A program made the translations under genes and the position numbers. The notes beneath the pieces were generated by a model, which was not told where the DNA came from, searched no databases, and saw nothing but the letters and a program-made list of their open reading frames with translations. From assembly GCA_963743635.1 (NCBI GenBank), contig CAVUQO010000003.1:544001-608000 (forward strand): DNA of 64,000 bases, read 5' to 3'. Positions 55,329 to 64,000 of this stretch are shown here, piece by piece (within the stretch, counting starts at the first letter, position 1; each line of letters opens with the position of its first letter). The DNA is from Candidatus Babeliales bacterium. GTDB taxonomy: Bacteria > Babelota > Babeliae > Babelales > Vermiphilaceae.

Positions 55329-56163
55329 TCGTACTTTAATTCGGCGACTACTCGCACTTTCCTCATTAGGACACGCCTGCCTTTTGGTGTTTATTTTCGT
55401 GTTATACCACGATGATGCCACGAGAGTATCACGCGATGTGATTGCCGTGCTCTTAGATACTGATGTTACCATCGTTAAAGTTCCCATGAGTAAAGTGATT
55501 AACAAAAAAGTGCCTGTTGTTGGTTCTGGAACAAAAGCAGCATCAACTGCAGGAGCGAAAGCGGTAAAAGCACCGGCGATTAAAGCCGCTCCACCCGCAA
55601 CGGCTGTTGTTTCAAAACCAGTCGCAAAAATTCCTGCTGCAAAAACGCAGGCAAAATCAAAACCAAAAGTAGTACCCAAAAAAGAAACTCCTAAGCCAAA
55701 AGTACCAGCTACCAAGGTCGAGCCAAAAAAGGTTGAGGTGAAAAAAACTGAGCCTAAACCTGAACCTAAACCTGAACCAAAAATCGAACCTAAAAAGGAA
55801 GAGATTAAAAAAGAAGCAATTGAAGAAGTCACTCCAATACAGGAAGACGTTAATGTACAGGAACAAGCATCAGATGGTGATAATGTGGTGCATGTCGGAT
55901 GGCAAGAATATGAAGCATTAGAAGTCCAGCGGCAAATTCAACAAGAAGCAGAACGATGTTGGAAAGCTCCATCAGGTATTGCAGCCGATGTTTCGTGCGA
56001 AATTATAGTGCGCGTTGGACATGATGGAACACTGCACAGCATCAACGTGGCTCAGCAATCAGGTATTTTGATGTATGATGTGCAAGCGCGTCAGGCAGTT
56101 GCGCAGATGGAATTTCCACGTGGCTCATGGGGCAAAGAAGTGGTCGTTTATTTTAAGCAATAG
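55294..56163 (+). CDS. tolA: TolA/TonB-like protein
   Basis: TM with SxxxH, Lys/Pro linker, TonB_C-like tail; operon context. Confidence 0.8.
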   Translation: MWPWQRNGEQPSRTLIRRLLALSSLGHACLLVFIFVLYHDDATRVSRDVIAVLLDTDVTIVKVPMSKVINKKVPVVGSGTKAASTAGAKAVKAPAIKAAPPATAVVSKPVAKIPAAKTQAKSKPKVVPKKETPKPKVPATKVEPKKVEVKKTEPKPEPKPEPKIEPKKEEIKKEAIEEVTPIQEDVNVQEQASDGDNVVHVGWQEYEALEVQRQIQQEAERCWKAPSGIAADVSCEIIVRVGHDGTLHSINVAQQSGILMYDVQARQAVAQMEFPRGSWGKEVVVYFKQ

Positions 56164-56200
56164 TAATGTAATCTAATATTGAAATCACTGTATTCCCTGC

Positions 56201-56330
56201 ACCCTTCGAGACATTTTTCATTCGCTCTGCTTATGAAAAACCCTCAGGGCGAACGGGAATGGTTGTTATTTCCGTTCGCCCTGAGGATTCTAAGGCAAGT
56301 GAAACGCGCCGAAGAATGTCTCGAATGGGT
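56201..56330. repeat. Full palindromic element
   Basis: acccttcgagacat...cctcagggcgaacgg / ccgttcgccctgagg...atgtctcgaatgggt. Confidence 0.85.
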
Positions 56331-56353
56331 GACGGAACACTATAATACGAAAG

Positions 56354-57694
56354 ATGAAAATGAAAAAAGAGTTCCGTTACATCGCGAGCATCGCCTTGAT
56401 CAGCTGTGGTCTGGTGATAGGAGAACAGCAGTTTGAATCGCAAAAAGTGCAAGAAGAACCATTGCGTGTACATGTTGCGACCACGCAGTATGCACGCGTT
56501 GGTCTTAAGGTTGTTGCGGTTGGTGAGAGCAGTGACCAAGATTTTGTATCGTTGCTTGAAATACTAAAAAAAGATTTGATGTTTAGCGGCCAATTTAACG
56601 TGTCGATGAGCATAACTGATCATGTACCAAATAAATCATTCTTTGCTGCTGTTGGAAAAGATGGTTACCCATTAACGCTTATCTTAGAAAAAAAGAATGC
56701 CGATACAATCAATTGGCGCTTATACGATACCGCATTGGGACAAATGGTAAAGGGCCAATCGCATCCAAGAAAAGATAACATTGTGCGCGGTTGGGCGCAT
56801 AGCCTTGCCGATATGGTGTGGCCTGAATTAACTGGCAAGGAAGGGTTTTTTAGTACAAAAATTGCATATTGCAGGGCGGTACATTTGCCCCATAAAAAGA
56901 GTGATTGCCGCTACATCTGCGTTGCCGATTATGATGGCAGTTATGAGCAGCGATTGGTAACAACGCCCACCATTAACTTGGGGCCACGTTGGAATAGAGA
57001 TACTAAAAAGCCGTTGCTGTTTTATTCTGAATACACTAATAAAAACATTCGTTTAATGTCTGTTGATATGCAGGGGCGCCGCCGTATAGCATCCAATTTT
57101 GATGGAATCAATATGCTTCCTACTTTCTCTGGAGATGGTAAACGGGTGGTTTATTGTGCCTCTCGTGCGGATGGTAACTGTCATCTCTACCATTTTGAAA
57201 AAAATAATCTTAAACGATTGCTTTCTGCAGAAGGCAACCATGTATCTCCAACTATGGCGGAAGATGGTTCCCATATGTATTTCTGCTCAGACTATGAGAC
57301 GGGCAAGCCTGGCATCTATCGGTATGATTTTGATACTCAAAAGGTGAGCCCTATCACGCAGAAGGGGTCTGCAATGGCACCGAGTTATTCAACTGCAGCG
57401 CGTAAAGTGGTCTACTCAAAGTTCGTGAACAGCGTAGTTCAGTTGTTTTGCTACGACGAAGTGACCGGTAAGCATACCCAAATTACTACTGACGCAGGCA
57501 ACAAGGATGAGGCATCATGGTCTCCTTGCGGCAATTACTTGCTCTTTTCGGTGGATAAGGGCAGCAAGGGGCGCATTGCTCAACTCAATCTGTTGACCAA
57601 CGAGCTTCGCTATATCACCAATCAGTCGGATGATTGCACCTACCCAATCTGGTCAGATCGATATGATCAATTTCCGGTGCTGGCAATAGCCTAA
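56354..57694 (+). CDS. tolB: TolB
   Basis: DLMFSGQF, AH.LAD, TKIAY, PD40 beta-propeller repeats. Confidence 0.88.
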   Translation: MKMKKEFRYIASIALISCGLVIGEQQFESQKVQEEPLRVHVATTQYARVGLKVVAVGESSDQDFVSLLEILKKDLMFSGQFNVSMSITDHVPNKSFFAAVGKDGYPLTLILEKKNADTINWRLYDTALGQMVKGQSHPRKDNIVRGWAHSLADMVWPELTGKEGFFSTKIAYCRAVHLPHKKSDCRYICVADYDGSYEQRLVTTPTINLGPRWNRDTKKPLLFYSEYTNKNIRLMSVDMQGRRRIASNFDGINMLPTFSGDGKRVVYCASRADGNCHLYHFEKNNLKRLLSAEGNHVSPTMAEDGSHMYFCSDYETGKPGIYRYDFDTQKVSPITQKGSAMAPSYSTAARKVVYSKFVNSVVQLFCYDEVTGKHTQITTDAGNKDEASWSPCGNYLLFSVDKGSKGRIAQLNLLTNELRYITNQSDDCTYPIWSDRYDQFPVLAIA

Positions 57695-57964
57695 AATTGG
57701 TTGCAATAGCCCCTAGAGCATAACCAGACGCCTCGGCGGAAGCTACGAAAAAAGGCCGAGCCTGCCATTTGTAGTTGCAAAACAACGGCAGTGGTAAAAA
57801 ACATAGCTGCAGCACGAGTATAATTCGACAGAATAACCTCTCTTTATTATACTTGTAGCTATGAGAGTCGCATTCTTGATACGTATGTACCAGGTATGCC
57901 TATTCATTTGAACAGACATACAATTAAGAAACACAGTTATAATCTTATTTATCTCAGGTAGTCT

Positions 57965-59785
57965 ATGAGAAACTTCAAATCAAAAAATCTTGTTATTGGC
58001 ATATTGGTCTTTCTAGCGGCATTTTTCGTGCTTTCCTGGTTAACCGATCTTGCCCAAAAAACAAAATCTTTTCCTTATTTGCCTACTTTTGTAAAAGCGC
58101 TTGAAAGTGGCGAAGTCAAAAGTGTACAAATCGTTGGTCAGGATGTTCTTGGTGAATTAAAAGACGGCACTTCATTCCACACCACGGTCGGTAATGATCC
58201 TGAATTATGGAAAAATTTACGCAGCACCAATGCGGAAGTGAACATTACCAACTTGGCGACGCAAGCATCAATGTGGTATTTCTTTATTTTTATCGTTATT
58301 GTCACCATTGCACTTTCTGCTTTGTGGTTTTTCGTCAAACAAATGCGTGGCGGTGGTTCTGGCTCAGGAAGCGGCGGCGGCCCGAATATTTTCTCTATGG
58401 GGAAAAGCAAGGCGCGCATGTACATGCCTTCTGAAATAAAGGTAAACTTCGATTCAGTTGCGGGTGCAACCGAAGCAAAGGAAGAACTCAAAGATGTGGT
58501 GGACTTCTTAAAAAATCCGGAAAAATTCAAACGTCTTGGTGCAAAAATCCCTCGTGGTGTCTTGCTTGTTGGTGAACCAGGTAATGGTAAAACATTGCTT
58601 GCAAAAGCGGTAGCCGGAGAAGCAAACTGTCCATTCTTAAGTATCAGTGGTTCAGACTTTATCGAAGTATTCGTGGGTGTTGGTGCATCTCGAGTACGCG
58701 ACCTTTTCGCGCAAGCACGTAAAAATTCTCCAAGCATTATCTTCATAGATGAAATCGATGCGGTTGGCCGCGCACGAGGCAGTGGCCTTGGTGGTGGTCA
58801 TGATGAACGAGAACAAACATTAAATCAGCTTCTGACTGAAATGGATGGTTTTCAGACAGAAGAAGGTGCTGTTATTGTAATGGCTGCAACCAATAGACCA
58901 GACGTTCTTGATAAAGCGCTCTTGCGCCCAGGACGTTTTGATCGTCGCGTTGAAGTGCCATACCCTGACTACAATAGTCGTCTAAAAATTTTGGAACTCC
59001 ATGCAAAAGCGGTGAAAGTTGATCCCGAAGTTAATATGGAAAAAATTGCGCGTGGTACTCCCGGATTTACTGGCGCGGATCTTGCTAACCTGATCAACGA
59101 AGCGGCAATTAATGCATCTAAAAAAGATCAAAATTCTGTGTTGATTGTAGACTTTGAAGAAGCACGTGACAAAATTATCCTTGGTAAAGAATTAAAAACC
59201 GTGGTGCTTTCTCCTGATGAGCGCAAGATAACTGCGTATCATGAAGCAGGTCACGCATTAGTTCGTCTTATGATGCCGAATGATACCGATCCCTTACACA
59301 AAATTACCATTCTGCCACGGGGCAGGGCGTTGGGCGTAACCCATTTCCTACCGGAAAAAGAAAAATATATGAGCAGTGAAGATGAAATGATTGCAACGAT
59401 CATGGCAGCGCATGGCGGTCGAGCAGCAGAAGAGTTGATCTTCAATAAGAAGATGACTGGTGCATCGAGCGATTTCCAGCGTGCAACTGAAGTGGCGCGT
59501 CATATGGTCTGCAATTATGGTATGAGCGATGAAATTGGACCTGTCGTCTATGGTCAGGGCAATCAGGATTTCTCATATTCCCAAAAAACTGCTGAAAAAA
59601 TTGATAACGCAGTACGAGATTTGTTGCTCAAATCATATCATGATGCAAAGCAGCTTTTGATCGACAACAAAGAAAAACTCGTTCTTCTTGCAGAAAAGCT
59701 TCTTGAAAAAGAAACCTTATATGCAAGTGAAGTTTATGAGTTGCTCGGAATCAAGCCTCGCGCTGAATTGAAATTTGGCGAGTAG
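57965..59785 (+). CDS. ftsH: ATP-dependent zinc metalloprotease FtsH
   Basis: Two TMs, [27 protein letters not shown]. Confidence 0.97.
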   Translation: MRNFKSKNLVIGILVFLAAFFVLSWLTDLAQKTKSFPYLPTFVKALESGEVKSVQIVGQDVLGELKDGTSFHTTVGNDPELWKNLRSTNAEVNITNLATQASMWYFFIFIVIVTIALSALWFFVKQMRGGGSGSGSGGGPNIFSMGKSKARMYMPSEIKVNFDSVAGATEAKEELKDVVDFLKNPEKFKRLGAKIPRGVLLVGEPGNGKTLLAKAVAGEANCPFLSISGSDFIEVFVGVGASRVRDLFAQARKNSPSIIFIDEIDAVGRARGSGLGGGHDEREQTLNQLLTEMDGFQTEEGAVIVMAATNRPDVLDKALLRPGRFDRRVEVPYPDYNSRLKILELHAKAVKVDPEVNMEKIARGTPGFTGADLANLINEAAINASKKDQNSVLIVDFEEARDKIILGKELKTVVLSPDERKITAYHEAGHALVRLMMPNDTDPLHKITILPRGRALGVTHFLPEKEKYMSSEDEMIATIMAAHGGRAAEELIFNKKMTGASSDFQRATEVARHMVCNYGMSDEIGPVVYGQGNQDFSYSQKTAEKIDNAVRDLLLKSYHDAKQLLIDNKEKLVLLAEKLLEKETLYASEVYELLGIKPRAELKFGE

Positions 59786-59802
59786 ATCGGAAAGGAAAGC
59801 GC

Positions 59803-60609
59803 ATGATACCAGCGGGAGTAGGACCTGAACGGCTAGAAGTAATCGTAAAAGAAGCTGGGCGCATCGTTCTTTCCTATTTTGATAAAGCGCTTACCTTTAC
59901 GGAAAAAGATAGAGCAGGGTTTGTGACGGAAGCTGACATAGCCAGTGAACAGTTCCTTATTAAGGAATTGGGATTATTGCTGCCGGAAGCTTCCTTCTTT
60001 GCAGAGGAATCAGGAAAATCCCAGGCTTCGCGTGAAGCTACGCCGGGCACGGCGGGGTCAGGCGCATATTGTTGGGTAATCGATCCATTGGATGGAACCA
60101 CCAATTTTGCTCATCATGTCCCCTATTTTTGCATCTCTGTGGCACTGACCTATCATGATAAGCCGATATTAGGTATCATTTATCAGCCGATTCTCGAAGA
60201 ATTTTTTTATGCCGAAAAGGGTCGGGGTTCCTACCTGAACGGGGTAAAAATAAGCGTAGCTCGGGAGAACGAACTTGCCAAAAGCATGGTGGCGGTCGGG
60301 TTTCCCTATGCAAAAAATAAGCAGTTTATGGAACTCATTGCAGGTCTTCAGCGTATTTTGCCCCAAACATCCTCATTGAGGTGCTATGGAGCGGTTGCCT
60401 TAGATTTAGCTTACGTAGCAGCCGGACGCCTGGACGGAGCCTTTTTTGAGGGGCTTGGCTGGTGGGATGTTGCCGCAGGAATAGTACTTATTGAAGAAGC
60501 TGGGGGTCGGGTGACCGATTTTCAGGGGCAGGACGTAGGTCCCTCATATGAGTCTCTTGTGGCTGCTAATCGAGAAATGCACGAAAAAATGCTTCCTTTA
60601 CTGAAATAA
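59803..60609 (+). CDS. suhB: Inositol monophosphatase
   Basis: VTEAD, AEES, IDPLDGTTNF, WDVAAG. Confidence 0.92.
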   Translation: MIPAGVGPERLEVIVKEAGRIVLSYFDKALTFTEKDRAGFVTEADIASEQFLIKELGLLLPEASFFAEESGKSQASREATPGTAGSGAYCWVIDPLDGTTNFAHHVPYFCISVALTYHDKPILGIIYQPILEEFFYAEKGRGSYLNGVKISVARENELAKSMVAVGFPYAKNKQFMELIAGLQRILPQTSSLRCYGAVALDLAYVAAGRLDGAFFEGLGWWDVAAGIVLIEEAGGRVTDFQGQDVGPSYESLVAANREMHEKMLPLLK

Positions 60610-60703
60610 TAAGTCCAGATTTGAAAAAAATACGATTTATAGTACACTAAAGGACTATAGAGTCACGAAAAATAGTCGATTTGTTGAAAAGGATATATGA
60701 ACA

Positions 60704-60907
60704 ATGGCAAGAATATGCTATGTGTGTGGAAAACGTCCACAGGTGGCCAATCTAGTGAGTCACGCAAAAAATAGAGTTAAGCGCTGGGTCTACCCGAATG
60801 TGCATAAGATGCGTTTCACTATTGTTGGCGCGCCTAAAGTTAAGGTAATCAATTCTTGTGTATGCACAAAGTGTGTTAAAGCCAGAAAAGTTCAAAAAGT
60901 TCTATAA
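60704..60907 (+). CDS. rpmB: 50S ribosomal protein L28
   Basis: CYVCGK...VSHAKNR...PN...CTKC. Confidence 0.93.
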   Translation: MARICYVCGKRPQVANLVSHAKNRVKRWVYPNVHKMRFTIVGAPKVKVINSCVCTKCVKARKVQKVL

Positions 60908-60931
60908 CCAGTAGGAAGGTCTTAATAGCCC

Positions 60932-61210
60932 ATGGCAAATTTAAAATCATCAAAAAAACGCGCGAAACAAATGGCTGGTCGCCACCACAAAAACCTAGCT
61001 CGTAAAACAGCTATCAAAACTGCAATGAATAAAGTAATGGCAGCAATCGAACGTGGTGAAGACGCAGCAACAACCAAGACTCTTTTGCGTGATGCAGAAG
61101 CTAAATTGGCTCGTGCGAAGAACAAGAACGTAATGCATCAAAACACTGTTGCTCGCAAGATCAGCTTGATTGCAAAACGTGTTGCAGCAGCAGAACGCAG
61201 CAGCAAGTAA
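60932..61210 (+). CDS. rpsT: 30S ribosomal protein S20
   Basis: MANLKSSKKR...HQNTVARKIS. Confidence 0.93.
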   Translation: MANLKSSKKRAKQMAGRHHKNLARKTAIKTAMNKVMAAIERGEDAATTKTLLRDAEAKLARAKNKNVMHQNTVARKISLIAKRVAAAERSSK

Positions 61211-61245
61211 ATCTATCTCTGAATAGATACAAAAATTAAAAGCGA

Positions 61246-61293
61246 ACCCTTCGACCACGCTCAGGACTAAAGGCCTGTGATGAGATTGAGGGT
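61246..61293. repeat. Short palindromic-family element
   Basis: acccttcgaccacgctcagg...cctg...ttgagggt. Confidence 0.65.
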
Positions 61294-61304
61294 GACTGAA
61301 AATT

Positions 61305-61338
61305 AAAAGCGAAGCTTTAAACGGCTTCGCTTTTTTTT
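61305..61338 (+). terminator. rpsT terminator
   Basis: aaaagcgaagc / gcttcgctttt plus T tract. Confidence 0.8.
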
Positions 61339-61501
61339 ATGCCCTCTTTCAGTCTATGGAATTGAGTGTCTCAAGCTAGGATTCTCTGTTCCAGCACGTT
61401 TGCAGGGGGGCTTTTGAGATGTGGATTTCCTTATGGTATAGTTGTTATATGCCCCTAATAGGGTAAATTCATAATCAATATTCTTAAGTACGGGGGTTAC
61501 T

Positions 61502-61987
61502 ATGAAACAAAGATCAATATTTCAGGGTATGATTCTGATGATATTCGTCATTGGCGCGCATAAGACTATGGCAGAAGTAATGCAAAAACCGCATGAAAAA
61601 TTACCATATGAAATTCAAATGAAGATGCGTGCGGAATGTTTGCGTGAACTAGCGCAATCTTTGGAGCAATGTGCTCAAGAAGACGCAGATGCGATTTATA
61701 ATGGTAAGGATTTTGATAGTACAGCTTGGATTGGTCGTCCTTCATCTCTTGAACTACTCGTGATTCCCGAGGTTGTAGGGCTACAGAATCAATGGTATTT
61801 AGAACATATTAAAACAGTATATATCAATCGTTATAATATATTGACGGCTGGAAAATTGCTGTTGCCTAATATAGCGTCTTTTTCATACCGAGATTCATTG
61901 GTACGAGAATTCAATACCTATGCGTTACAAGAAGCAGTTTCTGCAGAAAGATGGATAAAAGACTGGAGTGCACGTAACAGCAACTAA
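61502..61987 (+). CDS. Secreted hypothetical protein
   Basis: Signal peptide, GGGGG RBS. Confidence 0.65.
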   Translation: MKQRSIFQGMILMIFVIGAHKTMAEVMQKPHEKLPYEIQMKMRAECLRELAQSLEQCAQEDADAIYNGKDFDSTAWIGRPSSLELLVIPEVVGLQNQWYLEHIKTVYINRYNILTAGKLLLPNIASFSYRDSLVREFNTYALQEAVSAERWIKDWSARNSN

Positions 61988-62011
61988 AATCTATCTACCA
62001 TGTAGATAATG

Positions 62012-62041
62012 AAAAAGCGGAGTTTTTAGGCTCCGCTTTTT
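62012..62041. terminator. Bidirectional terminator
   Basis: aaaaagcggag / ctccgcttttt. Confidence 0.75.
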
Positions 62042-62074
62042 ACTTGGTCTGGGTACTGCCCATTAAATGTCGGA

Positions 62075-62692
62075 TTATAGGTCTTTTTTAAACTTTGCAA
62101 ATTGTTTGAGCTTCTTAGCTTCTTCTCTGCCATAGCCTGCAGATTCAATCTGGCTTTTCATAGGATTTAAATAACCCTTAATTTTGGTGCAGCCGGTGAT
62201 TTCAAAAACATCAGCATCACCGCTATTAATGCGTATCGCCTTGCCCACTTGCTTATTATCATTCCATGCCATCACTGTTATTGCCGGTTCTCCAACCATG
62301 AGAATATACTTACAGTCACCAGGCTTGATTTCGGTATCCATCATGCCTGTTCCTGAGAGCGTGATCTTGCAATCAGTGCTATTGAGAATTCTGCGACCTG
62401 CTGCATATTGGCCTTCTCGAGCGAATGCCCTTACATTTCTCTTTAATTTTTTGAATAAGCTCGCTTCTTCAGGCTGAGCGTTTTCTTTGTTTGCTCCCTG
62501 TTGCCCCCCTTGCGCAGCTTGTCGGGATTTTTGTTGGGTTGGAGTCATGCCAGCGTCTGCTTCTGCTTGCTCCCGTAATCTTCGGGCATTTTCAGCAAAA
62601 CTTTGTGCTTCTTGATTCAGCTTATCCAATTTTGATTGTGCCTGTATCCCGCCTGTAACCAGTGCGACAATGAGTATAATGCTTTTTTTCAT
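62075..62692 (-). CDS. Secreted hypothetical protein
   Basis: Signal peptide ending IQA-Q. Confidence 0.7.
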   Translation of the reverse strand: MKKSIILIVALVTGGIQAQSKLDKLNQEAQSFAENARRLREQAEADAGMTPTQQKSRQAAQGGQQGANKENAQPEEASLFKKLKRNVRAFAREGQYAAGRRILNSTDCKITLSGTGMMDTEIKPGDCKYILMVGEPAITVMAWNDNKQVGKAIRINSGDADVFEITGCTKIKGYLNPMKSQIESAGYGREEAKKLKQFAKFKKDL

Positions 62693-62958
62693 AATGAATC
62701 CCTTCTATAAAAGCATTGATATATCTAACAAGGTGCACTGTAGCAATAATGGTATTCGGGAAGCAATGAAATGTTAAGGATTCTCCTAAAAAATTAGAGG
62801 CTCTTAAAGAGAGTGTTCCTGAAGACTTAAGAGAAGAAGTAGAAAAAGAGTTAGAAAGACTTATCAAAATCAATCCACCATTGGCACAATAATAATTACC
62901 CCGCACTGGGCAGGCGCTTAATCGCTATGGCGTGATAACTATAGTGTAAGTCATGTTT

Positions 62959-64000
62959 TTAGGCAGCACTATCCATGCGCTTTTTATACTCAACGAAGAA
63001 GTTCTTTGCCACACCGGTCGGCACGCTTGAGGAACCGACGTTTTCAAGAATGATCACGATCGTCAGTGGTGTGTGGTGTTTGTAGTGGAAATGGCTCACA
63101 AACCAGCCATGTTCAAGATATTGCGTGCCAAGATCACGTTTTGCAAGATCGCTGTTTTGGGCGGTACTTGTTTTTGCATAGACCTGAATGTCTTTGACGC
63201 GACTTCTGCGACCCGTACCCACCGTTACTACTTTTTGCATTGAGCTGCGTAAAAATTCGAGTGTTTCGAGTCTGATATTGAGTGGTCTTTTTTCAATCGG
63301 CTCATCAGCAAGGATGCGGGGTTTAACGAGGTAGCGGGTGAAGATACTGCCAATCATGCAGGCAACTTGAATCGGCGTTACCAATAAAAAGCTTTGTCCA
63401 ATTGACGCTGACAGTGTTTCTCCAGGCCACCAACGTTCTCCTTTTGCACTTCGTTTCCAGGCGCGTGAAGGAACGAGGCCATCTTTTTCAGGGAATAAAG
63501 AATCTGTTTTTTGCCCCAGTCCAAAACGGTTGGCATAATTTGCTAATACGTCGATATCAATTTTTTTTGCGGTTTCATAAAAGATAATATTGCACGATTG
63601 CTCAAGAGCTTCTCCCGCGGTGAGCCTACCGTGTCCGTGTTTGTTATGGCACCAATATTTTCTGCCCGCAAACGTATAATTACCGCTGCAATAAACGGTT
63701 GAATCAGGGCGTACAAGACCCGTTTCGAGTGCTGCACTCATTGCAATCAATTTAAAAATTGATCCTGGCGGATAATGAGCGCTGAATGCTCGATTTAAAA
63801 AGGGCTGTTTGGCATCTTGCAGGATCTGCCATTCCTCAGGCAAAATGGGTTTTAAGAACATGTTAGGATCAAAACTTGGTTGCGAGGAGAGGGCCAAAAT
63901 TGCCCCATCTGCAGGGTTCATGACAATGAAGGCGCCTGCATAGATCTTGGGAAATACTTCTTCTACAATCGATTGTAGAGTCATATCAATGGTTGTTCTG
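62959..64000 (-). CDS. mrdA: Penicillin-binding protein 2, 5' end outside window
   Basis: YPPGSIFK (SxxK), SCN, IGQ, KTS in place of KTG. Confidence 0.9.
   Translation of the reverse strand, partial: RTTIDMTLQSIVEEVFPKIYAGAFIVMNPADGAILALSSQPSFDPNMFLKPILPEEWQILQDAKQPFLNRAFSAHYPPGSIFKLIAMSAALETGLVRPDSTVYCSGNYTFAGRKYWCHNKHGHGRLTAGEALEQSCNIIFYETAKKIDIDVLANYANRFGLGQKTDSLFPEKDGLVPSRAWKRSAKGERWWPGETLSASIGQSFLLVTPIQVACMIGSIFTRYLVKPRILADEPIEKRPLNIRLETLEFLRSSMQKVVTVGTGRRSRVKDIQVYAKTSTAQNSDLAKRDLGTQYLEHGWFVSHFHYKHHTPLTIVIILENVGSSSVPTGVAKNFFVEYKKRMDSAA

Noticed and set aside
56179..56436. 85-aa ORF between tolA and tolB
   Set aside because: It is a translation of the palindromic repeat and overlaps tolB out of frame.
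58138..58746. Long antisense ORFs (also within dnaJ, dnaX, tolA)
   Set aside because: Shadow frames of well-conserved genes with no independent motifs.

Overview
Chromosomal window of a roughly 40% GC, code-11 bacterium. Tandem ATP/ADP-translocase (Tlc/Ntt) genes, a giant Sel1/TPR-type repeat protein and many orphan signal-peptide proteins point to an intracellular parasite of protists, most like Dependentiae/Babeliales (TM6); this is an inference. The core backbone is sufU-nurA, dnaJ, tilS, gyrB, tadA-dksA, rpsI, glmS, ctpA, rapZ, ftsB, sodA, lysS-recJ-cmk, lon, two ntt genes, rpsB, tRNA-Ser(GGA), SRP RNA, dnaX, der, hpf, dsbD, a CCA-adding enzyme, tolQRAB, ftsH, suhB, rpmB-rpsT and mrdA. 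Many essential genes carry indels, which are probably sequencing errors. Most interesting: (1) Two single-gene cassettes encoding secreted, effector-like proteins sit between direct repeats of host sequence, with no integrase in the window. One repeat is a 75-bp synonymously diverged copy of the ctpA 3' end around a 520-aa ART-like gene; the other is a perfect 34-bp terminator duplication around a secreted tandem AAA ATPase. (2) Families of palindromic REP/MITE-like elements, two of which appear inserted in frame in recJ and suhB. (3) A candidate structured ncRNA where rplM usually precedes rpsI.
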